In this document: piece after piece, positions 1 through 9,383 of the stretch | Layout of the letters: the number at the start of each line of letters is the position of its first letter | Position numbering within the stretch: position 1 is the stretch's first letter | IMG/VR virus record: IMGVR_UViG_3300027418_000009 | Location: 2,217-66,216 of that record | Source of the DNA: a virus | Lineage: Duplodnaviria > Caudoviricetes | Length of the DNA stretch: 64,000 bases | Reading direction: 5' to 3' (one strand) | The notes under the pieces: model-generated | Told to the model about the DNA's origin: nothing | Database searches by the model: none | What the model saw: only the letters and a program-made list of their open reading frames with translations | Position numbers and translations under genes: made by a program

Positions 1-32
1 AAAGCATTAAAAGAAATTAAGGATAACTTAAA

Positions 33-626
33 GTGAAACTAGCAGAGGCAATAGGGACTAAGGCTCCAAAAACTATTTGTGCTATAGACGCAAGCACCAA
101 TAGCCTTGCCTTTGCTTTGTTTGACACACAAGAAAAAACCTTGATTACAATTGGTAAAATAAACTTTGAGGGAAAAGACACATATCAAAAAGTGATGGAT
201 GCTGGTAAAAAAGTAAAAGCATTTTTTGATATCTATGGTGGTTTTGAGGCAATAGTAATTGAGCACACAGTATTTATGAATAGCCCTAAGACTGCTGCAG
301 ACCTTGCTCTAGTCCAAGGGGCCATACTTGGATCTGCAGGGCAGACTGGAACAAAGGTTATTGGCAAGGTCTCTCCTATTACTTGGCAAAACTATATTGG
401 TAATAAAAAGATTTCTAAGGATGAAAAGTTTTACATTAAAGCACAAAACCCAGGAAAGTCTGACTCATGGCTAAAGACCTATGAAAGAAACCTTCGCAAA
501 GAAAGAACAATTAAGTTTATTAATGTTCAATACGACAGAACTATTACTGATAATGATGTGGCAGATGCTTGTGGTATTGGGCACTGGGCTATGAAAAATT
601 GGGGTAAAGCAATTGGAACAGAATAG
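33..626 (+). CDS. RuvC-like Holliday junction resolvase
   Basis: N-terminal ICAIDAST, central IVIEH, C-terminal DVADACGIG: acidic-residue layout of the RuvC/RNase H fold. Confidence 0.75.
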   Translation: MKLAEAIGTKAPKTICAIDASTNSLAFALFDTQEKTLITIGKINFEGKDTYQKVMDAGKKVKAFFDIYGGFEAIVIEHTVFMNSPKTAADLALVQGAILGSAGQTGTKVIGKVSPITWQNYIGNKKISKDEKFYIKAQNPGKSDSWLKTYERNLRKERTIKFINVQYDRTITDNDVADACGIGHWAMKNWGKAIGTE

Positions 627-873
627 CAGCCCTACTCAGTTAAAGGCACACGCAATGATTGAACATCTTATCTTACAGAATGCTGTAGAAATGTCAGGGA
701 TTGACAGTAAGACTGGTGAAATGCTATACTATATTACAGATAAACTAAAGACTGTAAACCCAAAACTATATAGAGAACTAAAGGGAGACTTTGAAAGAAG
801 GATGTTTGAGATAATTGATAAAGGTCCTGAATCAATGCAATGGAAGTTTAATGCGGAGTTCTTTGATGAGTAA
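613..873 (+). CDS. hypothetical protein (paralog of 13615..13944)
   Basis: Shares (V/L)E(M/V)SGIDxxTGExLYxxT(D/E)KL with the 13615 ORF. Confidence 0.6.
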   Translation: MEQNSSPTQLKAHAMIEHLILQNAVEMSGIDSKTGEMLYYITDKLKTVNPKLYRELKGDFERRMFEIIDKGPESMQWKFNAEFFDE

Positions 874-1018
874 ACTATACACTAATGAACTTTGGCTAAA
901 GAAAAGGTTTCATCTTGACAAGAAAACTCCTGATGAGATTGCAAAAGAGTGTGGAGTTACAGTAGAAACTATTTATGTATATCTGGCAAAATTTGGATTA
1001 AGGAGATCAAAGAGATGA
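866..1018 (+). CDS. small helix-turn-helix protein
   Basis: TPDEIAKECGVTVETIYVYLAKFG HTH pattern; ATG at 866 overlaps the upstream gene end. Confidence 0.65.
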   Translation: MSKLYTNELWLKKRFHLDKKTPDEIAKECGVTVETIYVYLAKFGLRRSKR

Positions 1019-1140
1019 AAAAATTAAAGATATCATTAGCACTGGCTGTACTGGCAAGTGCGGTTGGAGTTAGTTATGCTCTATTTACACTAAGAGGAAT
1101 GCCAGATACGTTTGATTGGGAAGAGGATGAAGATGAGTGA
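1015..1140 (+). CDS. small membrane protein
   Basis: ATGA overlap at 1015; one hydrophobic helix and an acidic tail. Confidence 0.5.
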   Translation: MKKLKISLALAVLASAVGVSYALFTLRGMPDTFDWEEDEDE

Positions 1141-1375
1141 TAACCTAAATATTACGGTTGACCAAGTAAATCATCCTGTTCATTACACTACAGATCCTTC
1201 TGGTGTTGAGTGTATTCAGATTACTCGTCATAGAAATTTTAATATTGGGAATGCCTTTAAGTACCTTTGGAGAGCGGGACTTAAAGATGAGTCCAAGACT
1301 ATTCAAGACCTTGAGAAAGCAATCTTTTATATCAAAGATGAAATTAATAGACTAGAGGGAAAGTATGTCAATTGA
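1133..1375 (+). CDS. DUF3310 / SaV-like phage protein
   Basis: VNHPxHY...ECI...GNAFKYLWRAGLK...DLEKA signature. Confidence 0.8.
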   Translation: MSDNLNITVDQVNHPVHYTTDPSGVECIQITRHRNFNIGNAFKYLWRAGLKDESKTIQDLEKAIFYIKDEINRLEGKYVN

Positions 1376-1898
1376 AGAAGACTTGGTTAAACACCAAGAT
1401 CAGATTAATAATGTTGTAGAAGAATATTTAAAAGGTAATGACCCTACACAGATCTCTAAAGATCTTGCTATACCAAGACAAAGAGTTGTTGCTTACATTG
1501 ATGAGTGGAAGGTAAGTGCTTCTAACAATGCAGCAATCCGTGCTCGTGCTAAGGAGGCCTTGTCAGGCGCAGATGCCCACTACAGCAAATTGATTTCAAG
1601 ATCTTACGAGGTTATGGATGAAGCATCTATGACTAATAATCTTAGTGCAAAGACTGCTGCAATTAAACTGGTTATGGATATTGAGTCTAAAAGAATTGAT
1701 ATGCTACAAAAGGCTGGACTGCTTGAGAATAAAGAATTAGCAGAAGAGATGATGGAGATTGAGAATCGTCAGGAAGTTTTGATTGCAATTCTTAGAGATA
1801 TTGCTTCTGAATATCCACAGGTTCGTGATGAGATCATGAGAAGACTTTCTACTATATCAAAAGAAAATGAAGTTATAACGGTAATAGCAGATGTATGA
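1365..1898 (+). CDS. putative terminase small subunit
   Basis: N-terminal HTH-like segment, helical, directly upstream of and overlapping terL. Confidence 0.55.
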   Translation: MSIEEDLVKHQDQINNVVEEYLKGNDPTQISKDLAIPRQRVVAYIDEWKVSASNNAAIRARAKEALSGADAHYSKLISRSYEVMDEASMTNNLSAKTAAIKLVMDIESKRIDMLQKAGLLENKELAEEMMEIENRQEVLIAILRDIASEYPQVRDEIMRRLSTISKENEVITVIADV

Positions 1899-3660
1899 TG
1901 AGTTTTTAGAAGTCCTTAAGGATAATAACTTTAGAGAGACTCCAGTAAATGCTAAGGAGTTTGTTGAAGGTGAAGCATACTTAGGTCAGCCCCCATTATC
2001 ACAAGTACAGTATGACATTGTAGAAGCAATGAGTCAAATCTATAGACAAGAAGATCTGGTTGATTTGATGGGCACAGAAGACGGAACCCGTTACTATAAA
2101 AAATATACTAAGAATGAGATTATCCTGCAACTTGGCAAGGGATCTGGAAAAGACTTCGTATCAACAGTAGCCTGTGCATATATAGTATATAAACTATTGT
2201 GCTTAAAGGAGCCAGCAAGATACTACGGAAAGCCTTCTGGAGACGCTATTGATATTATTAACGTTGCGATTAACGCCCAACAAGCAAAGAACGTTTTCTT
2301 TAAAGGTTTTAAAAACAAGATTGAAAACTCACCTTGGTTTGCTGGTAAATATAACTCTAAGGCTGAGAGTATTGAGTTTGAGCATGCTATTACTGTTTAC
2401 TCTGGTCACTCAGAAAGAGAATCACACGAAGGATTAAACCTTTTAGTAGCAGTCCTTGATGAGATCTCTGGCTTTGCCCAAGATGTTGGAACTGGAAATG
2501 ACCAAGGAAAAACTGCTGATAATATCTATAAGGCTTTCCGTGCATCAGTTGATTCTCGTTTCCCTGATCTTGGTAAGGTTGCATTGCTTTCCTTCCCCCG
2601 TTATCCTGGAGACTTTATTTCACAGAAGTATGATGATGTTATTGCAGATAAAGAAGTTATAACAAAGACTCATAAGTTTACTATGAATCCAGATTTACCA
2701 GAAGGAGCAGAAGGAAACTATTTAGAAATTTCCTGGGATGAAGATACAATTCTTTCATACAAATATCCAGGAGTATTTGCATTAAAGAGACCAACCTGGG
2801 TAGTAAATCCAACTAGATCAGTAGATGATTTTAAGATTTCATTCTTCACAGACCTTGGAGATGCAATGCAAAGATTTGCTTGCGTACCAACTTATTCTAC
2901 AGATGCATTCTTTAAGCAAATAGAAAAAGTCAGATCATGTATGACACTGAGAAACCCACTAGACAATCATAGAAGGTTTGATGAAACCTTTAAACCAGAT
3001 CCAAACAAAATTTATTATGTTCACGCAGACCTTGCACAAAAACACGATAAATGTGCTGTTGCTATTGCTCACGTAGATAAGTGGGTAAATATACAGGTCA
3101 TTAATAACTATGAACAAGTAGCACCTATTGTAGTAGTAGATGCAGTAGCATGGTGGGAACCAAAGATTGAAGGCCCAGTAAATCTTTCAGAAGTAAAACA
3201 ATGGATCCAAAACCTTAGAAGACTAGGGTTTAATTTAGGAATGGTTTCCTTTGACCGTTGGCAATCTTTTGACATTCAAAATGAATTAAAGCAGGTAGGA
3301 ATAAGAACTGATACTGTTTCTGTTGCAAAGAAGCACTATGAGGATATGGCTATGCTTGTGTATGAGGAAAGAGTTGCTATGCCAGCGATTGATTTATTAT
3401 TTGAAGAACTAACAGAGTTAAAAATAATGAAAGGCAATAGAGTTGACCACCCAAGAAAATCTTCTAAGGACTTAGCAGATGCCGTGTGTGGAGCAATATT
3501 TGGGGCAATATCACATACCCCAAAGGATAATAACACTGAAGTGGAGATTCATACTTTTAGGGATAAGCCCAGAGTTGACAACCCCTTCACCAATGTGATA
3601 GAATATAAACCTATGCCAAATGATGTAAAAGATTATTTGGATAGATTCAATCTACTATAA
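1891..3660 (+). CDS. terL: terminase large subunit
   Basis: Walker A-like GKGSGKD, Walker B AVLDE, nuclease motifs HADLA, FDRWQS, KDLADA. Confidence 0.9.
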   Translation: MYDEFLEVLKDNNFRETPVNAKEFVEGEAYLGQPPLSQVQYDIVEAMSQIYRQEDLVDLMGTEDGTRYYKKYTKNEIILQLGKGSGKDFVSTVACAYIVYKLLCLKEPARYYGKPSGDAIDIINVAINAQQAKNVFFKGFKNKIENSPWFAGKYNSKAESIEFEHAITVYSGHSERESHEGLNLLVAVLDEISGFAQDVGTGNDQGKTADNIYKAFRASVDSRFPDLGKVALLSFPRYPGDFISQKYDDVIADKEVITKTHKFTMNPDLPEGAEGNYLEISWDEDTILSYKYPGVFALKRPTWVVNPTRSVDDFKISFFTDLGDAMQRFACVPTYSTDAFFKQIEKVRSCMTLRNPLDNHRRFDETFKPDPNKIYYVHADLAQKHDKCAVAIAHVDKWVNIQVINNYEQVAPIVVVDAVAWWEPKIEGPVNLSEVKQWIQNLRRLGFNLGMVSFDRWQSFDIQNELKQVGIRTDTVSVAKKHYEDMAMLVYEERVAMPAIDLLFEELTELKIMKGNRVDHPRKSSKDLADAVCGAIFGAISHTPKDNNTEVEIHTFRDKPRVDNPFTNVIEYKPMPNDVKDYLDRFNLL

Positions 3661-3673
3661 GAAAAGGAACAAA

Positions 3674-5059
3674 ATGAATTCATTTAAGAAAATCTCAATT
3701 GCTACTGCTGCAGCCCTAGCAATCGTTGGACTTTCTGTAGCACCATCTTCGGCAGCACCACTAGCCGTAACGGTTGCAACAGCGACTAACGCAACTACAT
3801 CAGCAGCACCAGCAACAGTAGCAGTTCCATCAAGTAATGTTATTACTTCTGGAAACACTATTGCTCTTGCAGCAACAGCAGACACAGGTACAAATGTTAC
3901 CTTTACTGCTTCATCAACTGTAAAGTTGGTAACAGCACTTAACACAACAGATGCACCAAAGACAGTCGCATCAGGTGTTTCAACAGTTACAATTGCTTCT
4001 GCTGGATCAGCAGTAACAGTTTATGCTTACACAACTACAACAGCAGTTGGTTCAGTAACCATCACTAATGGTTCATACTCAACAATTGTTTACATCTCAG
4101 GTACTGCTGGAGCAGCATACAACCTAGCACTAACAGTTCCTTCTGCAACAGCAGTTGGCACAGTGCCTACAATTGCTCTAGTAACAACAGATGTATTCGG
4201 AAACTCAGTTTCAGATACAGCAACAGTAACCTTAATTGGTTCAACATTTGCTGATGGTTCTGTCACCAAGTCACTAACTACAGCAACAGCAACAAACACT
4301 TCAACTGGAGCAGTTCTTGGAACTGTAACAGCAGCCCTAGCAACATCAGTTGCTGGTGAAGTCACAGTAGTTGCAACAGGCCTTGCATCAGTAACAGCCG
4401 TAACTGGTCTTGCTGCTCCTGTAAAGTCTGTCATTGCTAAGTTCACAGTTTCTGATCTTTCAGGAATTATTGCAGGACTTAAGTCAGACCTTGCAGTTGC
4501 TAACGCAACTAACGCAGCACATGTTGCAGACAAGTCAGCACTAGCAGCAGCAGTTGCTGCATCAAACAAGGCAAGAGATGATTTCTCAACTGCCCTTGCA
4601 AGCGCAAATGTTCAGATTGCTAAGGCTCTTACTGAAGCAGCAGATGCTAAGAAGGCAAGCGATTCAGCAATCAAGGCTCTTACAGAAGCAAACGCTGCTA
4701 CAGAAAAGATCCTTGCTGATCTTAAGGTAGAACTTGCAGCAAGCAAGGCAGATCTTGCAGCATCTAATAAGTTGTTTGATGCACTAAAGGCTTCATCTGC
4801 TAAGGCACTTGCTGATCTAAAGGCTTCTTCTGATAAGGCTCTTGCAGATGCTATCGCAGCACATGCTAAGGCTCTTGCAGATGCTAAGACACTTTCAGAT
4901 AAGGCTCTTGCAGATGCAAAGACACTTTCAGATGCAACAGCAGCATCAGTCAAGGCAGCAAATGACCTTGCAGCAGCAAAGGCAAAGGCTGACTATAACA
5001 AGTTGGCTGCAAAGTGGAACAAGGCTAATCCAAAGGCCAAGGTTGCACTAAAGAAGTAA
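3674..5059 (+). CDS. secreted Ala/Thr-rich surface protein with C-terminal coiled coil
   Basis: Signal peptide, beta-rich N-half, KALADAK repeats, basic C-terminus; SD AAGGA; followed by a terminator. Confidence 0.7.
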   Translation: MNSFKKISIATAAALAIVGLSVAPSSAAPLAVTVATATNATTSAAPATVAVPSSNVITSGNTIALAATADTGTNVTFTASSTVKLVTALNTTDAPKTVASGVSTVTIASAGSAVTVYAYTTTTAVGSVTITNGSYSTIVYISGTAGAAYNLALTVPSATAVGTVPTIALVTTDVFGNSVSDTATVTLIGSTFADGSVTKSLTTATATNTSTGAVLGTVTAALATSVAGEVTVVATGLASVTAVTGLAAPVKSVIAKFTVSDLSGIIAGLKSDLAVANATNAAHVADKSALAAAVAASNKARDDFSTALASANVQIAKALTEAADAKKASDSAIKALTEANAATEKILADLKVELAASKADLAASNKLFDALKASSAKALADLKASSDKALADAIAAHAKALADAKTLSDKALADAKTLSDATAASVKAANDLAAAKAKADYNKLAAKWNKANPKAKVALKK

Positions 5060-5075
5060 TTTCACTTCATAAGTT

Positions 5076-5110
5076 AGGGGGTTGGCCATGTGCCAGCCCT
5101 CTTTCTTTTT
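5076..5110 (+). terminator. intrinsic terminator
   Basis: agggggttggc-catgt-gccagccctct hairpin plus T-rich tail. Confidence 0.65.
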
Positions 5111-5161
5111 GCAATAAAATGATATAATAACCTTATTACACATTGTGTATTTAAGGGGGAA

Positions 5162-7885
5162 TTGGAGATTAGAAGATTATTACGCATACTGTTAGTGCTA
5201 TCTCTAGCCTTATTCCCACTCATTGTAGGCATTGACAAGGCTCATGCAGCAGAAGGCTTGACTGCCCAGGTTTACAATGTCCTGGGACAGAACAATGCCC
5301 CTTATATACCCCAGGGAGCCTCTCCAGTAGTAACTACAAATGTACCTAACATTGACTTTCAATGGGGTGGTGGTAGCGTCCTTGGAGGCCCATCAGAGGA
5401 TGTTATAGTAAGGTTTACGGGGTCAATTAGAAGCGATTCTACTCAAGACATATCATTTTTAGCAACAGCAGACGATGGTACAAGGCTATATATTGATGGA
5501 GTCTTAGTGGCAGATGACTGGAGAGACAAGGGTGGGGGAGGAACTACAACTGCCCCAATAGCCTTTACAGCAGGAGTACCTAAAACCATAGAATTAATGT
5601 ACTATGAAAATGGTGGTGGAGCAAACGTATTTTTAAACTGGGATCAATCTGGATCAATGCAGATCATCCCATCATCAGCCTTTACTTCACAAGCAGCACC
5701 AGTAGTTAAAACAATAGGGCCACCAAGGAACCTCACTGTCGTTGATGGTGCAACTACAACGGTTTTAGATTGGGATGCTCCAGATACTGGTAACACTCAA
5801 CCAGAAAGATATGCAATAAGTTTTAATTGTTCTGGGTGTAACGGATGGGGAATTGCAACTGGAAATGTTGGCGGACCTAATTCACTTAATACAACAATAA
5901 CAATTGATCACTCATTGCTTGAGTCACTAAGACCAAGCGGGACCGTATGGTCATTTCATATTAGATCAGACAATGATACATTAGCGCTATACTCTCAAAA
6001 CTCAAATGTTGTTACATTAAAAATTGGAAAGACTGCTGAAGAGATTGCAGCAGAGCAAGCAGCAGCACAGGCTGCCATTGATGCAGAGAACGCAAGACTC
6101 GCTGCAATTGCTGCAGAAGAAGCAAGGTTAGCAGAAATAGCAAGACTAGCAGAAGTGGCAAGGCTTGCAGAGATTGCTAGACTAGCAGAGGTTGCTAGGT
6201 TAGCAGAGGTTGCTAGGCTTGAAGCAGAAGCAGCAGCGTTGTTAGCAGCACAGCAAGAAGAGGCAAGAATTGCAGCAGCAACTGCTGAGGTTGCAAGATT
6301 AGCAGAGGTTGCAAGATTGGCTGAGGTTGCAAGACTCGCAGAGGTATCACGACTTGCTGAAATCGCAAGACTCGCAGAGGTAGCAAGATTGGCAGAGGTT
6401 GCAAGATTGGCAGAGGTAGCACGACTTGCTGAAATCGCAAGACTGGCTGAAGCAGAAAGACTTGAAGCAGAAAGAATTGCAGCAGCAACTGCTGAGGTCG
6501 CTAGACTTGCTGAAGTAGCACGACTTGCAGAAGTTGCTAGGTTAGCAGAAGTAGCAAGACTTACAGAGATTGCTAGGTTGGCGGAAGTTGCTAGGATTGC
6601 AGAAGTAGCACGACTTGCAGAAGTTGCTAGGTTAGCAGAAGTTGCAAGACAAGCAGAAGCAGAAAGAATTGAAGCAGCAAGAATCGCAGCGCAGGTTGAG
6701 GCTGCTCGTGTAGCAGCAGAAGTAGAGGCTGCTCGTATAGCCTCTGAGGTTGAGGCAGCAAGAATTAAAGCAGAAGCAGAAGCAAAAGCAGAGGCTGAAA
6801 GAATTAAAGCAGAAGAAGCAGCAAGAGAAGCAGCAAGAATTAAAGCAGAAGCAGAAGCAAAGGCAGAGGCTGAGAGAATTGCAGCAGAGATTGAAGCAGC
6901 AAGAATTAAAGCAGAGATAGAGGCCAAGCAAGAAGCAGATCGTATTGCAGCAGAGGCTGCAGCAAAGAAAGCAGAAGAAGAAAGAATTGCTGCAGAAATA
7001 GCCAAGGCTAAAGCAGAGGCAGAAGCAAAGGCTGCAGAGGAGGCAAGGTTGAAGGCAGAGGCTGAGGCAAAAGCCAAGGCAGAAGAAGATGCACGACTTG
7101 CAGCAATAAAGAAAGCAGAAGAAGAAGCCAGAGCCAAAGCAGAAGCAGACAGGCAGGCACAAATTGCTAAAGATAAAGCAGCAGAAGAAGCAAGAATATT
7201 AGCAGAGCAAAAGGCTAAAGAAGCGGAGGCTGCAAGAATAAAAGCAGAGGAAGATAGAAAGATTGCTGAGCAAAAGGCTTTGACTGACGGAAAGATTACA
7301 GCAGAAGATACTAAAAAGGTTTTAGATAACATTAACTCTGATGGTAAAGTAACTCAGGCAGAAGTTAAGAGTATTGTAGAAGCAATTAAACAATCAGATG
7401 CTCCATTAACTGTTGAGCAAAAAGATTTAATTGCAACAGTAGTCATTGCAGCAGCAGTTTCATCTGGAGAAAATGTTACGGCAACACAAATTCAAGATGC
7501 TGGTATTGAATATAAAGATCTTCCAAAAGAAACTCCTGTTGAAGTTAGAACATCTGAAAGCGGAGAACCACTTGTAATTACAGCAGAAGTTGCTGCAAAT
7601 GTAGAATTGGTTACAGATGCTGGAGCATTGTTAGAAGCAGCATTTACTGATCCAGGAGCAGCACTTGCTGCCATTGGAAGTATTGGTGCAGATATGACTG
7701 AAGGAGAAAGAGAAGAGGCAACAGATATGGTTGTTGCAACAGTTGTCGCAGCAGGAGCAGCAATGAACGCTGTCGGTGCTGCAGCAGGATCCACTGGAGG
7801 ATCATCATCAGGAAGTAGTTCTGGTGGAGGATCAGGTGGAGGAGGAGCCTCTGGCAATTCCAAGGGAGTAAGGAGAAGACCATGA
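5162..7885 (+). CDS. large exported protein: PA14 domain, FN3-like domain, long EVARLA/EAAR helical stalk
   Basis: Signal peptide; IDFQWG...RFTG...ADDG...YYENGGGA (PA14); PPRNLTV...LDWDAP (FN3); long E/A/R/K-rich repeat tract. Confidence 0.8.
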   Translation: MEIRRLLRILLVLSLALFPLIVGIDKAHAAEGLTAQVYNVLGQNNAPYIPQGASPVVTTNVPNIDFQWGGGSVLGGPSEDVIVRFTGSIRSDSTQDISFLATADDGTRLYIDGVLVADDWRDKGGGGTTTAPIAFTAGVPKTIELMYYENGGGANVFLNWDQSGSMQIIPSSAFTSQAAPVVKTIGPPRNLTVVDGATTTVLDWDAPDTGNTQPERYAISFNCSGCNGWGIATGNVGGPNSLNTTITIDHSLLESLRPSGTVWSFHIRSDNDTLALYSQNSNVVTLKIGKTAEEIAAEQAAAQAAIDAENARLAAIAAEEARLAEIARLAEVARLAEIARLAEVARLAEVARLEAEAAALLAAQQEEARIAAATAEVARLAEVARLAEVARLAEVSRLAEIARLAEVARLAEVARLAEVARLAEIARLAEAERLEAERIAAATAEVARLAEVARLAEVARLAEVARLTEIARLAEVARIAEVARLAEVARLAEVARQAEAERIEAARIAAQVEAARVAAEVEAARIASEVEAARIKAEAEAKAEAERIKAEEAAREAARIKAEAEAKAEAERIAAEIEAARIKAEIEAKQEADRIAAEAAAKKAEEERIAAEIAKAKAEAEAKAAEEARLKAEAEAKAKAEEDARLAAIKKAEEEARAKAEADRQAQIAKDKAAEEARILAEQKAKEAEAARIKAEEDRKIAEQKALTDGKITAEDTKKVLDNINSDGKVTQAEVKSIVEAIKQSDAPLTVEQKDLIATVVIAAAVSSGENVTATQIQDAGIEYKDLPKETPVEVRTSESGEPLVITAEVAANVELVTDAGALLEAAFTDPGAALAAIGSIGADMTEGEREEATDMVVATVVAAGAAMNAVGAAAGSTGGSSSGSSSGGGSGGGGASGNSKGVRRRP

Positions 7886-8055
7886 TGAAAGTAATAAAAG
7901 ATATGATAGATCAATTGTGGACACTTTTGGGTATGTTTATTGCCTGGGTAGTCCTTGATGGCTCTGCAAAGACGATAGTGGGTTATGCAATTATAGGAAC
8001 ACTAATTGCATGGGCAATTACCTATCCGATTAGAAATAGAGATGATGACGAATGA
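7882..8055 (+). CDS. small 2-TM membrane protein (not in ORF track)
   Basis: MMKVIKDMIDQLWTLLGMFIAWVVLDGSAKTIVGYAIIGTLIAWAITYPIRNRDDDE; ATGA overlaps at both ends. Confidence 0.65.
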   Translation: MMKVIKDMIDQLWTLLGMFIAWVVLDGSAKTIVGYAIIGTLIAWAITYPIRNRDDDE

Positions 8056-8264
8056 AAGATAAATTAATGTGGGTAATTACCCTTGGAATATTAGGCTTCA
8101 TAGGCCTTGTAGTTATTGGAGAATACTCTTCAATGTTAATGCAACAGGCAACATCAGGAGAAAAGTTTTCAACTAACTCAGATGCAATCGCCTTAGTACA
8201 AAATGCACTGGTAGGACTAATAGGAATTATTGGTGGCTACTTTGCAGGAAAAGGAGAAAAATAA
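8052..8264 (+). CDS. 2-TM membrane protein
   Basis: Two hydrophobic helices; translationally coupled. Confidence 0.65.
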   Translation: MKDKLMWVITLGILGFIGLVVIGEYSSMLMQQATSGEKFSTNSDAIALVQNALVGLIGIIGGYFAGKGEK

Positions 8265-8548
8265 TGGCAACTAAAAAAATAGTAGAAACCCCAAAGCAAG
8301 AGCACCCACAGAAAGCAATAACAAATATTCTAATGAGAATTCTTGCGGTATTCGCAGCATCAGGACTATCAGTCTTGGGAGCAGGAGCCGTAGTAGGAAT
8401 TGAAACTGTACAGGCAGTCATGCTTGCAGGACTCTTAGGGGTAGCCACAGTTATTGAAAGACTGGCAAGGGCTTTTTTGGACGATGGAAGGCTATCATTA
8501 ACAGAAATAAATGATGCCTTTAAAACGGTAGATAAAAAGGCTAATTAG
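8264..8548 (+). CDS. membrane protein, possibly holin-like
   Basis: Two hydrophobic segments, charged C-terminus, SD AGGAG. Confidence 0.55.
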   Translation: MATKKIVETPKQEHPQKAITNILMRILAVFAASGLSVLGAGAVVGIETVQAVMLAGLLGVATVIERLARAFLDDGRLSLTEINDAFKTVDKKAN

Positions 8549-8622
8549 TCATTATCACCCCTAGTTGACAGCCCCTCTAGGCAATGGTATACTTAATTAT
8601 ACCTATCTGGAGGGGCTTTCGC

Positions 8623-9147
8623 ATGACCGTTATTGCTGTTTTAAAACATGAAGACAAAATTTATATGGCTGGAGATCGTGGAGCATCAGATGATGGTACC
8701 ATTCTAGCACTTGAAGCACCAAAAGTTTGGAAGACTGGTCCCTATTTAATTGGCTATGCAGGATCAATGGACGGAGAAAGAATTCGTCACAACTTTAAAC
8801 CAACTGCTCCCACTCTCAAAGATACAGATAGATTTATGCATACAAAGTTTATTAAAGAACTTCGTGAATTTTACAATGAGTTCTGGGTTGACACATCTAA
8901 AGAAGGAGACCTTGGATTAATTATCTGTGTCCGTGGACAAATCTATGAACACAGTTCTGGAGATATGTCTTTATCTAAGTACATGCTTCCATATCTGGCT
9001 ATGGGATCTGGATCAGAGTATGCATATGGGGTTTTATATGCAACAGATAAGCAGAAAAATGCAAGGAATAGAGTGACGCAAGCAGTAAATGCTGCTATTA
9101 AATTTAACCCATCATGCATGGGTCCAGTTGACGTTGTCAGTCTTTAG
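8623..9147 (+). CDS. proteasome beta/HslV-like Ntn-hydrolase
   Basis: Starts M-T-VIAV, MAGDR, KVWK, GYAGS, AMGSGSEYAYG: 20S-beta/HslV pattern with N-terminal Thr. Confidence 0.75.
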   Translation: MTVIAVLKHEDKIYMAGDRGASDDGTILALEAPKVWKTGPYLIGYAGSMDGERIRHNFKPTAPTLKDTDRFMHTKFIKELREFYNEFWVDTSKEGDLGLIICVRGQIYEHSSGDMSLSKYMLPYLAMGSGSEYAYGVLYATDKQKNARNRVTQAVNAAIKFNPSCMGPVDVVSL

Positions 9148-9162
9148 GAGTATACTTTTAAT

Positions 9163-9366
9163 ATGAATCATTCACACGACGATCTGTCGCCTGAAGAGCA
9201 AGAGTTTGGTATCTGGCTTGAAAACGGTATAGAAAGAGGCTGGGTTACACCTCCTTATTGCAATACACATGATGGTGGATACGAATATATGGGTGAAGAA
9301 GAGTTAGAAGAGTGGGACGCAGGTGGCGACCCATGTCAGCATGTCATCAGATTGATGATATCGTAA
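9163..9366 (+). CDS. hypothetical protein
   Basis: ORF with CNTHDG and DPCxH motifs, preceded by TATACT. Confidence 0.6.
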   Translation: MNHSHDDLSPEEQEFGIWLENGIERGWVTPPYCNTHDGGYEYMGEEELEEWDAGGDPCQHVIRLMIS

Positions 9367-9383
9367 AAATGAAAAGGAATAAA

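Noticed and set aside
4090-7332. Long minus-strand ORFs (4090, 4612, 5995, 6632)
   Set aside because: Antisense shadows of GCA/GAA-rich repetitive genes; low complexity, no RBS
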